Part shown: positions 28,662-37,090 of the stretch, in pieces
How the letters are laid out: each line of letters opens with the position of its first letter
How positions within the stretch are numbered: the first letter of the stretch is position 1
DNA from: Thermodesulfobacteriaceae bacterium
GTDB taxonomy: Bacteria; Desulfobacterota; Thermodesulfobacteria; Thermodesulfobacteriales; Thermodesulfobacteriaceae
Assembly (NCBI GenBank): GCA_015494725.1
Contig: WGAR01000003.1
Span: 1-54,697 of the forward strand
Reading direction: 5' to 3'
Length of the DNA: 54,697 nucleotides
Notes under the pieces: generated by a model
What the model was told of the DNA's origin: nothing
Seen by the model: the letters and a program-made list of their open reading frames with translations, nothing else
Databases searched by the model: none
Translations under genes and position numbers: made by a program

Positions 28662-30010
28662 GCCGCCTTCCACTCCTTGAGAAAGCTCGGAAGACCGCTG
28701 GCCTCCCGGGGCCCGATGATGATCTCCCAATCCGGGAGTTCGTCTTCAAGCTCTCCCTTAATTCCCGCCAGATAACCCGGAATGACCAGCTTCCGATGCT
28801 TGACCTTCTCCGCAATTCCGCACTTTTTCACGAATTCGGCGATGGTATCCGCCCCGAATTTACCCGCAGCCCAGGCCGTAAGCACCGAAAGCCCCTCGGT
28901 GTCCTTGATGAGAAGCCAGGAGGGGACCCGACTCCCCTCTACCTCACCCGAAACGATGAAATAGGTGAGGGCGAAGTTACAGGTAATAAGCACCGGAGAA
29001 TTTTCGTCCGGACCATTGATGGGATAGATCCCCTCCTCCACCACCAGCGGTTTTTGCGGATCGGTAAAGATGTTCATCCGCTCCACCAGCAGCGGGAAGA
29101 GCACATCGGCCCGGAAATCGGACATGATGATCATGCCCGCATACTTGGGAATGAGCACCGCGGCCAGGATGGCCTCGGCCAGATATCCCCGGGCGCACCG
29201 ATAGGGAAAGGTAATGGTGGGGAACCCGAAGGGCTTGAAACGCTTTTTGATAGCCGCCCGGCGCACGATCACCTGGTCCTCGTAGAGTTCCCGCACGCTC
29301 CGGGCCCCGGTATCCAGCACCAGGTCCTTAAGCCCCATTTTGAGTAGTTCCTCGGAGATACGGGCCGTTTCCGCCAGATTGTCGCCGCGGACCGCCAGGG
29401 CGGCCTTTTTCTCCTTGGCCACCTGGCCCATTTCCTTAAAGTTGTCCAGGGTAGCGGCATAAAGAAGAGGCCGATGTTCACCACAGAGATCACAGGCCTC
29501 GGAAAGGGTTCCCGGATTCTCGCTTATGAGAACCAGCACCGCTTCCGGACACTCCTCCCGCACCCGGCGCACCAGGGAAAGAAATCCCTCTTTATCCCCG
29601 TTTACCTCCTCCAGGGCCAGGACCTCGGCGTGAAGCTCCACCCCTACCCTTTCCCACCGGAGCTTTCGAAAACTCTCCAGCCTGCGAGCTATCTCCGCCT
29701 CCTCCATATCCGTGGCCAGCCGAAGCCCTAGGGGAACCGGATTCTCAAACCTCTTTTCGTGCCGGAAAAGCACCGTCTCCCCGCCCAGCTTCAGCTGGTG
29801 CTCTCCGCTACCCAGCACCACGGTACGAATGGGCGGGGCCGAGGCCTCGGCGATCTCCTCCTTTACCGCCGGATCTACATGCGGACACTTGTCGATTTCC
29901 GCCTGCCCTGCGGCCACCTTCATGGCAAAGGCCAGGCAGGTGGGAAATCCACAATCCCCACAGTTGGTCTTGGGCAGTTTTTGCATTATCTGAATACCGG
30001 TAAGTCCCAT
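28658..30010 (-). CDS. acsC: Corrinoid iron-sulfur protein large subunit
   Basis: LPKTNCGDCGFPTCLAFA, GGETVLFRHEK, IFTDPQKP, NFALTYF, GLSVLTAWAAGKF. Confidence 0.97.
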   Translation of the reverse strand: MGLTGIQIMQKLPKTNCGDCGFPTCLAFAMKVAAGQAEIDKCPHVDPAVKEEIAEASAPPIRTVVLGSGEHQLKLGGETVLFRHEKRFENPVPLGLRLATDMEEAEIARRLESFRKLRWERVGVELHAEVLALEEVNGDKEGFLSLVRRVREECPEAVLVLISENPGTLSEACDLCGEHRPLLYAATLDNFKEMGQVAKEKKAALAVRGDNLAETARISEELLKMGLKDLVLDTGARSVRELYEDQVIVRRAAIKKRFKPFGFPTITFPYRCARGYLAEAILAAVLIPKYAGMIIMSDFRADVLFPLLVERMNIFTDPQKPLVVEEGIYPINGPDENSPVLITCNFALTYFIVSGEVEGSRVPSWLLIKDTEGLSVLTAWAAGKFGADTIAEFVKKCGIAEKVKHRKLVIPGYLAGIKGELEDELPDWEIIIGPREASGLPSFLKEWKAA

Positions 30011-30023
30011 CGTCCTCCTCCCT

Positions 30024-32246
30024 TTACATCAGGGGTTCCATTTCCACCACGGGATGTTTTACCTTTTCCACCCACTCTTTGACTTCCTGTTCGGTGTTGG
30101 CCACGGTCTCGTCGGCGATCTTGTCCAGCAGGTCCGGGACTCCGAGTTCCTCGGCCCGTTTCTGGAGTTTCTCCCGGAGTTCCTCCTTAAGCATCTTGGG
30201 CATCCAGACCACCCGCTTGAGCCCTCCCTCCGCCAGCAGGAATTTCCGGGAGGTGATGTAATGCTTGGAGACCCCCATGAACCCGGGAGTCACCTGCCCT
30301 CCCCCCACCATTCCGGCCATGGTGGAAAACTTCATTCCCGTGGGAGTCATTCCCAGATAATCCCGGTTCACAATCATGATCCCGTTTACCGAGGGAAGCA
30401 CCGCGGCGATACATTCAAAACATCCGCAGGCGGTCATGGGATCCACCAGGATACTGTAGAGACTCACCCGCTCCACCTTTCCGCGACTGGCCTTCTTTAC
30501 GAACTCGTTGACCCCGCTGAATTGACCCAGCCGCTCGTCCAGAAGCTCTCCCTTTTCGATGGGCTGATTCGGACCGGTGGGATTGAGCTCGTAACAGGCC
30601 TTTCCGTCCAGCCAGTTATAGGCCCCGCACATCCCGATCCGTTCCGGGGTAATCACACACACATGGCTGGGGGCGAAACTCTGACACAGGGTACAGGAAT
30701 AGTAAATATCCACACTTTCGTCGGTCATTCCCGCGATACGGGCATCCCGCTTGGCATAGACCTCTTTGGCCATTTCCAGGACCTTCTTGACCTTGTCCTC
30801 CTCGGTGTAGATGGTCACCTGACACTTATCCACGATGGCCCCGAATTCCTGGCGCATCTTGGCATAGAGAATGTCTCCGATATGCCGGAAGAGGAACCCC
30901 TTTTCCGCCGCGGCCTTGCTTATCCGCAACCACATAATATTTCGCTGCCCCACATGCATGACACCCTGGGCATAGTTAATAAGGTGATGGAACTGCCGTT
31001 CCAGGATGGCCTCAAAGTCCTCCTGCATGTTGGCCCCGGCCACCTCCACCACCACCGCAAAGGGAAGCCGATAGGGCGGCCCCTGAAGCCCGAGCTTTTC
31101 CACCTCGTTTATCTCCGGCCCGATGACCTCGATCTTTCCGTCCTCCACCTCTTCCAGCGGCCTGGAGAGAAGAAGCTCCACCGCCGGGGTGCGTCCACCA
31201 CCGCATTCCAGATAAAGATCGTCCTTGCGCACCCGTTCTCCCTCAAAGGCCGGGGCATAGGCCACGGGAATGTCCAGCTTCACCGTGGTGACCTTAAGAC
31301 CCCGGACCTCAATGGCCCGATCCACGATCTCCTCGTGGGGGACCTTGGACACCACATGCTCGTAAAGGCAGATACCGTAGGGCTTGATCTCCGGCTCATC
31401 CCAGTCGGAAATCACCGGAAAGCCCCAGTTTATGGCCCCGGCTCCGTTGGCGTACCATTCCTCGGAAATAGGGCCGAAGGTGATGACAAAGGCAAAGGTT
31501 CGATCCTTGTTGTAAAGGAGATTTCCCATATAGTCCCCGGGCTTGATGCCTCCGAAGGCCATGGCCACCCGGCAGGCAAATCCGATGGAGAAGACCACCG
31601 AGGTGTAATCCGGGCCGAAGGGAATGAGTCGGGTGGGCCAGCCCAGCTGTACCCCCGCCTCCTTGAGTTGTTCGGCCATCCGCACCCCGTTGGTATCCGC
31701 ATGCATGAACACATAGAGGTTCTTTTCCTGGAGTTCCTGAGCGATCCGGGCGGCGGTTTCCTTGTCCGGTGGGGCCCCCAGGATGGCCGCAAACCCCGGA
31801 GCCGTGCCATCCACAAACTCCACCCCGCGCTTCCGGAAAATCACGTCGTCGGCCGCCCCGAGCCAGATGTTTCCGTTTACGGGCTCCTCGGTCTTAGTGT
31901 AAAAATCCGGGTCCTCCAGATACCGGATGGCCTCAATGATTTCCTCGGCAAAGAAGGTGGCCATACCCGCATCCAGAGCCGGCCCGAGATAAGGGGTCCA
32001 GAGTCTTTCGTCCGGAACCGGAGGAAGAAGTTTCCTTGCCTCCTCCAGCACTTCCCCGCAGTCCCCGAGTTTTTTCACCGGATACCCGAGCATGGCGTAG
32101 ATAATGGGTAAATAGTAGGCGGTGTTGGGGAAGGCGACCTCTTTTTCCTTCCCGAATTTCTTCACCGCCTCTTCATATTTTTCCTGGGCCCGCTCCACGA
32201 TCTTATGGGCCCCGCGAATGGCTTTGGTGGCAATAATCTTAGACAT
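30024..32246 (-). CDS. acsB: Acetyl-CoA synthase
   Basis: FPNTAYYLP, CTLCQSFAPSHVC, PMTACGCFEC A-cluster ligands. Confidence 0.97.
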   Translation of the reverse strand: MSKIIATKAIRGAHKIVERAQEKYEEAVKKFGKEKEVAFPNTAYYLPIIYAMLGYPVKKLGDCGEVLEEARKLLPPVPDERLWTPYLGPALDAGMATFFAEEIIEAIRYLEDPDFYTKTEEPVNGNIWLGAADDVIFRKRGVEFVDGTAPGFAAILGAPPDKETAARIAQELQEKNLYVFMHADTNGVRMAEQLKEAGVQLGWPTRLIPFGPDYTSVVFSIGFACRVAMAFGGIKPGDYMGNLLYNKDRTFAFVITFGPISEEWYANGAGAINWGFPVISDWDEPEIKPYGICLYEHVVSKVPHEEIVDRAIEVRGLKVTTVKLDIPVAYAPAFEGERVRKDDLYLECGGGRTPAVELLLSRPLEEVEDGKIEVIGPEINEVEKLGLQGPPYRLPFAVVVEVAGANMQEDFEAILERQFHHLINYAQGVMHVGQRNIMWLRISKAAAEKGFLFRHIGDILYAKMRQEFGAIVDKCQVTIYTEEDKVKKVLEMAKEVYAKRDARIAGMTDESVDIYYSCTLCQSFAPSHVCVITPERIGMCGAYNWLDGKACYELNPTGPNQPIEKGELLDERLGQFSGVNEFVKKASRGKVERVSLYSILVDPMTACGCFECIAAVLPSVNGIMIVNRDYLGMTPTGMKFSTMAGMVGGGQVTPGFMGVSKHYITSRKFLLAEGGLKRVVWMPKMLKEELREKLQKRAEELGVPDLLDKIADETVANTEQEVKEWVEKVKHPVVEMEPLM

Positions 32247-32264
32247 AACTTATCCCTCCTTGCC

Positions 32265-34733
32265 TCAATTTTGTTGCATGAGTTCCTTAATAATTAATTT
32301 AGTTAATTCTATGGCCTTGGGGTGCCTCATGATAAAAAGGTCCCCTCCGGCCAGCGCCAGAGCCACCGAGGTAATGGCCTCCATAAGCACCCCTCTCACC
32401 TCCTGGTCCCCCATGGTCTCGTCGCTGGGAAGCCCCGCTTCCTTGGCCTTCCATACCTCCCGTCCCACGTTACAGATAAAGGGAACCTGAAGTTTATCGT
32501 CCTGAGCGTAAAGGGCCGCCAGACGGATTCGTTCCATAACCGAATAGGTATATTCCAGCCCGTAACCCAGAGCCCCGATGGAGGGGTCCATGAGGATCTT
32601 ATCCAGGGCCACCCCTACGTTCTCTAGAAGGATGTTCAACTGTTTGGCCAGGTTCACATCGATGGGGCTGGAAGCCACCACCGGAAGCCCGTAGCCCATG
32701 GCCGTTGCCCCCAGGGTGCGATGATTGGCCTCCTCCACCGGACCGATCACCGCTCCCCGATCACCTACCACCTCAGCCACCTCGCGCAACACTTCCACAT
32801 CCTTTTCGGCATGTCCCGATCCCCATACGATAAGAGGCACATCCACCGCTCCGGCTACTTTCTCCACCACCTCCCGGGCATGCTGGGCATCCAGATTGAG
32901 ATAGTTGGGGTCGGTACCCATGAGGTAGATGCACAGGGCCTCAGCCCCGTAAGTCTCCACACACTTTCTGGCCCAGGCCGCGGGATCATCCAGCACATCC
33001 GCAAAATATCGAGCTAGACTCTCGGGCCAGTTTTCGGGTTTCACATCCAGGATCTCCATGGCCACCCGCGGTTCGTGTCGCATCTCCCCCTCGAAAAGAT
33101 GGAAGGGAAGCACATTGGTGCCTCCCACCTTGAAGGCCTTTTCCCCTTTCCCGATTTCTACCTCCCGAATGAAAGCCGTCCCCGGTTCCTTATAAAGATC
33201 CTCGGGAAGACCGGCGGCTCGCTCGGAAAGCGGCCGATATTCTCCGGAAAAACTCCCTATCTCCACTCCCTCCGCCGGAGGAGCCGGTTTTTCCTCTACC
33301 GGCGGCTTCTCAGCGGGTTTTTCCTCCCTAACCTCGACCGCGGGCTTCTCCTCGGGTTTCTCCTCTACTGGAGGTTTCTCCTCTACCGCGGGTTTTTCTT
33401 CGACTCGAGCCTCCACCTCCTCCGCGGGCTTTTCCTCTTCCACCTTCTTTTCTTCCACTACCTCTTTCTCTTTTTCTTCCGGTACTTCCTTTACCTCCAC
33501 GGGCTTTTCTTCCACCGGAGGCCGCTCTTCCACCTTCACTTCCACCCGCGGAACCTCCGGCACCTCCGCCGGCACCACCTCTCCGCCCAGGAGGGCCCGC
33601 TCCAGGCGAGCCAGACTATCGTGGAGCAGGTTCACCCCCTCGCGCAGAGACTCTATGCTGGAACGCACGGTGGAAAAGACCTCCTTTACCGCCTCCACCG
33701 GAATCTCCACCTTCGGCGGGGCCTCTTCCGGCACCTCCTCTGCCGGAGGAGCCACCACCTCCACCCGCTCCACGGGCTTTTCCACCTCCACCACAACGGC
33801 CGGACGGACCTCGGCTTCCAGCGGACGCGGATGGAGACCGGCCCGTTTCACGATCTCCGGTACCGCCTCCTCCCACTCGATGGCCATAATATGCACCCCG
33901 GCCACCCCGGGTATCTCCCGCACCTGCTGGATGATTTCCACCGCCAGATTGATGCCCTCCTCCCGCTTGTCCTTGGCCTCCTTCATGCGCTTGAGAATTT
34001 CATCCGGTACATCCAGTCCCGGCACGAAATATTTCATATAGCGGGCCATCCCGAAGGACTTGGGGGGAGTGATTCCCGCCAGGATATAGGCCTTCTCCGT
34101 AAGTCCCATATCGCGGGCCATTTCCATGAATTTCCGGAAACGTTCCACGTTATAGACGATCTGGGTCTGGATGAATTCCGCTCCGGCGGCGATCTTCTTG
34201 GCCAGGCGCTTGACCCGAAACTCAAAGGGATCGGCAAAGGGATTGGCCGCTGCCCCCAGGAAGAACTCCGGACGGGCCCCGGTGAGATCCTCCCCGCACA
34301 TGAACTTCCCTTCGTCCCGCATCCTCCGAACCATGTCCAGCAATTGAATGGAATCGAGATCAAAGACCCCCTTGGCCTCGGGATGATTTCCGAATTTCTG
34401 ATGGTCCCCGGTAATACAGAGGAGATTTTTCACTCCCAGGGCCGCCGCCCCCAGAAGATCGGCCTGGATCCCGATCCGGTTCCGGTCGCGACAGGTCATC
34501 TGGATGACCGGCTCCACCCCCTCGGCCATCACCAGCACCGCCGAGGCGATGGAGGACATCCTTACAATGGCCGTTTGACAATCGGTGATGTTGGCCGCAT
34601 CCACATAGCCCTTAATCAACCGGGCCTTCTTCCGTACCACCTCTCCGTCGGCGCTCTTGGGCGGACCGATTTCCGCGGTAACCGCGAAATGTCCCTCGGA
34701 AAGGACCCGATGTAAATGGCTTCTCGGTTCCAC
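32265..34733 (-). CDS. metF-acsD: Fusion of methylene-THF reductase MetF (N-terminal) and corrinoid Fe-S protein small subunit AcsD (C-terminal) via a PEVK-rich linker
   Basis: N-term EIGPPK, ANITD, TCRDRNR, TGDH, IQTQ, GVHIM; C-term VGG..VLPFHLFEG, SPIDVNLAKQLN, GYGLEY.YSVMERIR, MRHP; single 822-aa ORF. Confidence 0.93.
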   Translation of the reverse strand: MEPRSHLHRVLSEGHFAVTAEIGPPKSADGEVVRKKARLIKGYVDAANITDCQTAIVRMSSIASAVLVMAEGVEPVIQMTCRDRNRIGIQADLLGAAALGVKNLLCITGDHQKFGNHPEAKGVFDLDSIQLLDMVRRMRDEGKFMCGEDLTGARPEFFLGAAANPFADPFEFRVKRLAKKIAAGAEFIQTQIVYNVERFRKFMEMARDMGLTEKAYILAGITPPKSFGMARYMKYFVPGLDVPDEILKRMKEAKDKREEGINLAVEIIQQVREIPGVAGVHIMAIEWEEAVPEIVKRAGLHPRPLEAEVRPAVVVEVEKPVERVEVVAPPAEEVPEEAPPKVEIPVEAVKEVFSTVRSSIESLREGVNLLHDSLARLERALLGGEVVPAEVPEVPRVEVKVEERPPVEEKPVEVKEVPEEKEKEVVEEKKVEEEKPAEEVEARVEEKPAVEEKPPVEEKPEEKPAVEVREEKPAEKPPVEEKPAPPAEGVEIGSFSGEYRPLSERAAGLPEDLYKEPGTAFIREVEIGKGEKAFKVGGTNVLPFHLFEGEMRHEPRVAMEILDVKPENWPESLARYFADVLDDPAAWARKCVETYGAEALCIYLMGTDPNYLNLDAQHAREVVEKVAGAVDVPLIVWGSGHAEKDVEVLREVAEVVGDRGAVIGPVEEANHRTLGATAMGYGLPVVASSPIDVNLAKQLNILLENVGVALDKILMDPSIGALGYGLEYTYSVMERIRLAALYAQDDKLQVPFICNVGREVWKAKEAGLPSDETMGDQEVRGVLMEAITSVALALAGGDLFIMRHPKAIELTKLIIKELMQQN
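33275..33570 (-). repeat. Low-complexity (V)EEKP peptide repeats in the MetF-AcsD linker
   Basis: VEEKPAVEEKPPVEEKPEEKPAVEVREEKPAEKPPVEEKPAPP; boundaries approximate. Confidence 0.85.
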
Positions 34734-34746
34734 CGTTTCCCTCCTT

Positions 34747-35421
34747 TTATTTATCCATCTTGAGATCTTCCCTTATCCTGTCCCGGGGGCCACCGTGTCC
34801 GGCCGGACGCCAGTCCTTGGCCGGAAAGAAATTCATGAGACGATCCAGCTCTCCCCGGGCCGAAAGCCTCTCGTAAATCTGATGCCAGACACAGGGAACC
34901 TCCGGTCGGATCTCACAGCGCCCTCCCTGGGACCCCCCGCAGGGACCGTTGAGCAGATTCTTGGCGCACCGGGCAATGGGACACAACCCCCCGGTGAGAT
35001 CCAGGATACAATCCCCACATCCCCGGCACTTCTCCTGCCATTCTCCTAGGGCCGTGTTGGCCCCGTAAAAGGTGGTATCCACCCCGGGATAGACCCGGAT
35101 CTCGGGGAAGAGATCGGCAATGAGGTTCACCCCCACCCCGCAGGCCATAGAAACCACCGCCTCATATTTATCCGCCCATTCTCGCAGCGGCGCCAGATAC
35201 TCCGGATCACACTGCCGGATGAGGGTGGCCTCTCCGGTCTCAAGCGGCCGACCGGCCCTCTTCCGGGCCAGCCTCAGGGCCGCCGCCATGGTCTCCACCT
35301 CCCGATCCCCTCCCGCCGAACAGATGGCCACACACCCCCGACACCCCAGAACCAGAACCCGCTGATAAGGCTCTATGGCCTCCAGTACTCGGCGTATGGG
35401 TTTGCGTTCTGCAACGATCAT
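34747..35421 (-). CDS. metV: Methylene-THF reductase small Fe-S subunit MetV
   Basis: MIVAERKP, GC.GC..IC, RQC, ACGVG, CRGCGDC, CPIARC.K.LLNGPCGG, CVW. Confidence 0.93.
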   Translation of the reverse strand: MIVAERKPIRRVLEAIEPYQRVLVLGCRGCVAICSAGGDREVETMAAALRLARKRAGRPLETGEATLIRQCDPEYLAPLREWADKYEAVVSMACGVGVNLIADLFPEIRVYPGVDTTFYGANTALGEWQEKCRGCGDCILDLTGGLCPIARCAKNLLNGPCGGSQGGRCEIRPEVPCVWHQIYERLSARGELDRLMNFFPAKDWRPAGHGGPRDRIREDLKMDK

Positions 35422-35433
35422 TTTCCGTTCTCC

Positions 35434-35814
35434 TCAGGACTTAGACTTCATAGTTAAAGCTATTTCAAAAGTTTTCTTTACCTCCTCCATGAAAGGCCCG
35501 GTATCCAGTCGAGGCAGAAAGGCAAAACGCACCCGTTCCGGTTCCAGCCCGATCTCCTCAAGGATCTTCCGGGCCCCCTGGACCTTCTTTTCCGCCCGCT
35601 GACTCCCGGACAGATTGTGACAGCTTTCCGCCTCGCATCCGGCCACCAGCACCGCCTCCGCCCCTTCCTCGAAGGTGCGCAGGATATCCGCCACCTCGAT
35701 ATGTCCGGAACAGGGATAACGACGCACGATAACCGTGCCCGGAATCCCCTGGAAATCCTCCTCTCCGGCCTGATTGGTGTAATGGCAACAGAGCACCCCG
35801 ATGGTTACAGCCAT
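35434..35814 (-). CDS. mvhD: Second MvhD-like [2Fe-2S] protein (all-Cys, divergent)
   Basis: LCC, PCSG, AGCEAESCH..G, LEEIGLEPERV. Confidence 0.85.
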   Translation of the reverse strand: MAVTIGVLCCHYTNQAGEEDFQGIPGTVIVRRYPCSGHIEVADILRTFEEGAEAVLVAGCEAESCHNLSGSQRAEKKVQGARKILEEIGLEPERVRFAFLPRLDTGPFMEEVKKTFEIALTMKSKS

Positions 35815-36362
35815 TAACTCACACCCCCGTATCTCAGGATTTCAAATTCCGCCGCGGGCTTGAGCTCGATGGCCCGGGCCGGGCATTCCCGCACGCATAT
35901 CCCGCAGGCATGACACTTGGCCGGATCGATCACCGCGTACCCTTCCTCACGGATACTCGGAGCCCCGAAGGGACACACCCGCACACAGGTCAGACATACG
36001 ATACACTTTCCGGGATTTACCCGGGCCAGCCTTCCGGCCTCAAACAGGGTCTCCTCGTTGGCCAGACCGGATCGCAGGGCATATTCCCGCAGCGCCCGAA
36101 TTACCTCCGCCGGCTTTACCTCCATGGGGCATACCGGGACGCAGCTCTGGCACTGGGAACAGTGCCAGAGGATGGGGGTCCCGAAGAGTTTTTCCCGCAG
36201 GCCCAGCACCGTGGCATGCACGATGACCCGGGGATCAAAGTCCCGGCGTACCTTCTTTACCGGACAGATCCCCGAACAGGCTCCGCAGCGAAAACACTGA
36301 CTGTAAGTCTCCGGCAACCCCTCCACTTCGGGTATCCATTCCCTGGCTAATTCCAGTTTCAT
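35814..36362 (-). CDS. HdrC-like domain fused to a 2x[4Fe-4S] ferredoxin domain
   Basis: CFRCGACSGICP, LWHCSQCQSCVPVCP, CIVCLTCVRVCP, CHACGICVRECP. Confidence 0.85.
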   Translation of the reverse strand: MKLELAREWIPEVEGLPETYSQCFRCGACSGICPVKKVRRDFDPRVIVHATVLGLREKLFGTPILWHCSQCQSCVPVCPMEVKPAEVIRALREYALRSGLANEETLFEAGRLARVNPGKCIVCLTCVRVCPFGAPSIREEGYAVIDPAKCHACGICVRECPARAIELKPAAEFEILRYGGVS

Positions 36363-37078
36363 GACTTTTTCCCCTTTTCCATGGCTTCAAGAATCCCCGC
36401 CAATTCCTGAGGACTGGCTCCGGTGGCCTCGGCCAGCGCATCCACACTCTGAGGCCCTTGGGAGAGCAATTCCCGGACCTCGCTTTCCAGGATCCGTTTA
36501 CGTATCTGAGGCACCAGCTTCTTCTCCACCAACTGGGCTATGTTCTCCGGACTGTAATCGCCCAGCTTCTTTATTTCCCGGGCCAAATTACCATATTGCG
36601 CCCGGAATTGCATGTTCGAGCAGAGCTTCCGCGCCGCCTCCAGCCGGAACTGTAGCCGTTCCCGGGAAAGCCCCTCGGCCTCCCCCAGGGGGCCCAGCTT
36701 CCGGATCCGCTCCGTAAAATCGGTGAGCAGCTGCACAAAGCGCGGCCCCTCCGCGGCCGAGGCCCAGTCGATATAAAAACGATCCCTTTTCACCCCCACG
36801 GTGTCCAGGATCCGCCTTACCGTTTCAGCCATGACCAGAGCTTCGAAATTACCAGACTGGTAATGGCACTCCCCGAGGTGTCACCCACCCACGAAGACCC
36901 CGTCGGAACCTACATAGAAGGCCTCCACCACGAAACGAGGATCCATCCTTCCGGTACACATGATCCGGATGACCCGGTTATTGGGAGGGTAACTGAACCG
37001 GGCCACCCCGGCCGAATCCGCCGCCGCATAGCAGCACCAGTTACACAGAAAACTTAATATTCTGGGTTCAAACCCCAT
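36359..37078 (-). CDS. mvhD: Selenocysteine-containing MvhD with C-terminal extension (239 aa, Sec66)
   Basis: ORFs 36881-37078 and 36359-36832 are in frame; UGA 36883-36881 reads GG-U-HLGECHYQSGN (MvhD motif GCH.GDCHY); FLCNWC, MCTGR, WASAAEG. Confidence 0.92.
36848..36864 (-). promoter_or_regulatory. SECIS-like hairpin of mvhD
   Basis: AUUACCA-GUC-UGGUAAU starting 16 nt after UGA. Confidence 0.75.
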
Positions 37079-37090
37079 CGTAACCCCTCC

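Noticed and set aside
33275-33570. Repetitive DNA as CRISPR or VNTR
   Set aside because: Degenerate in-frame codon repeats encoding EEKP; no constant repeat-spacer structure
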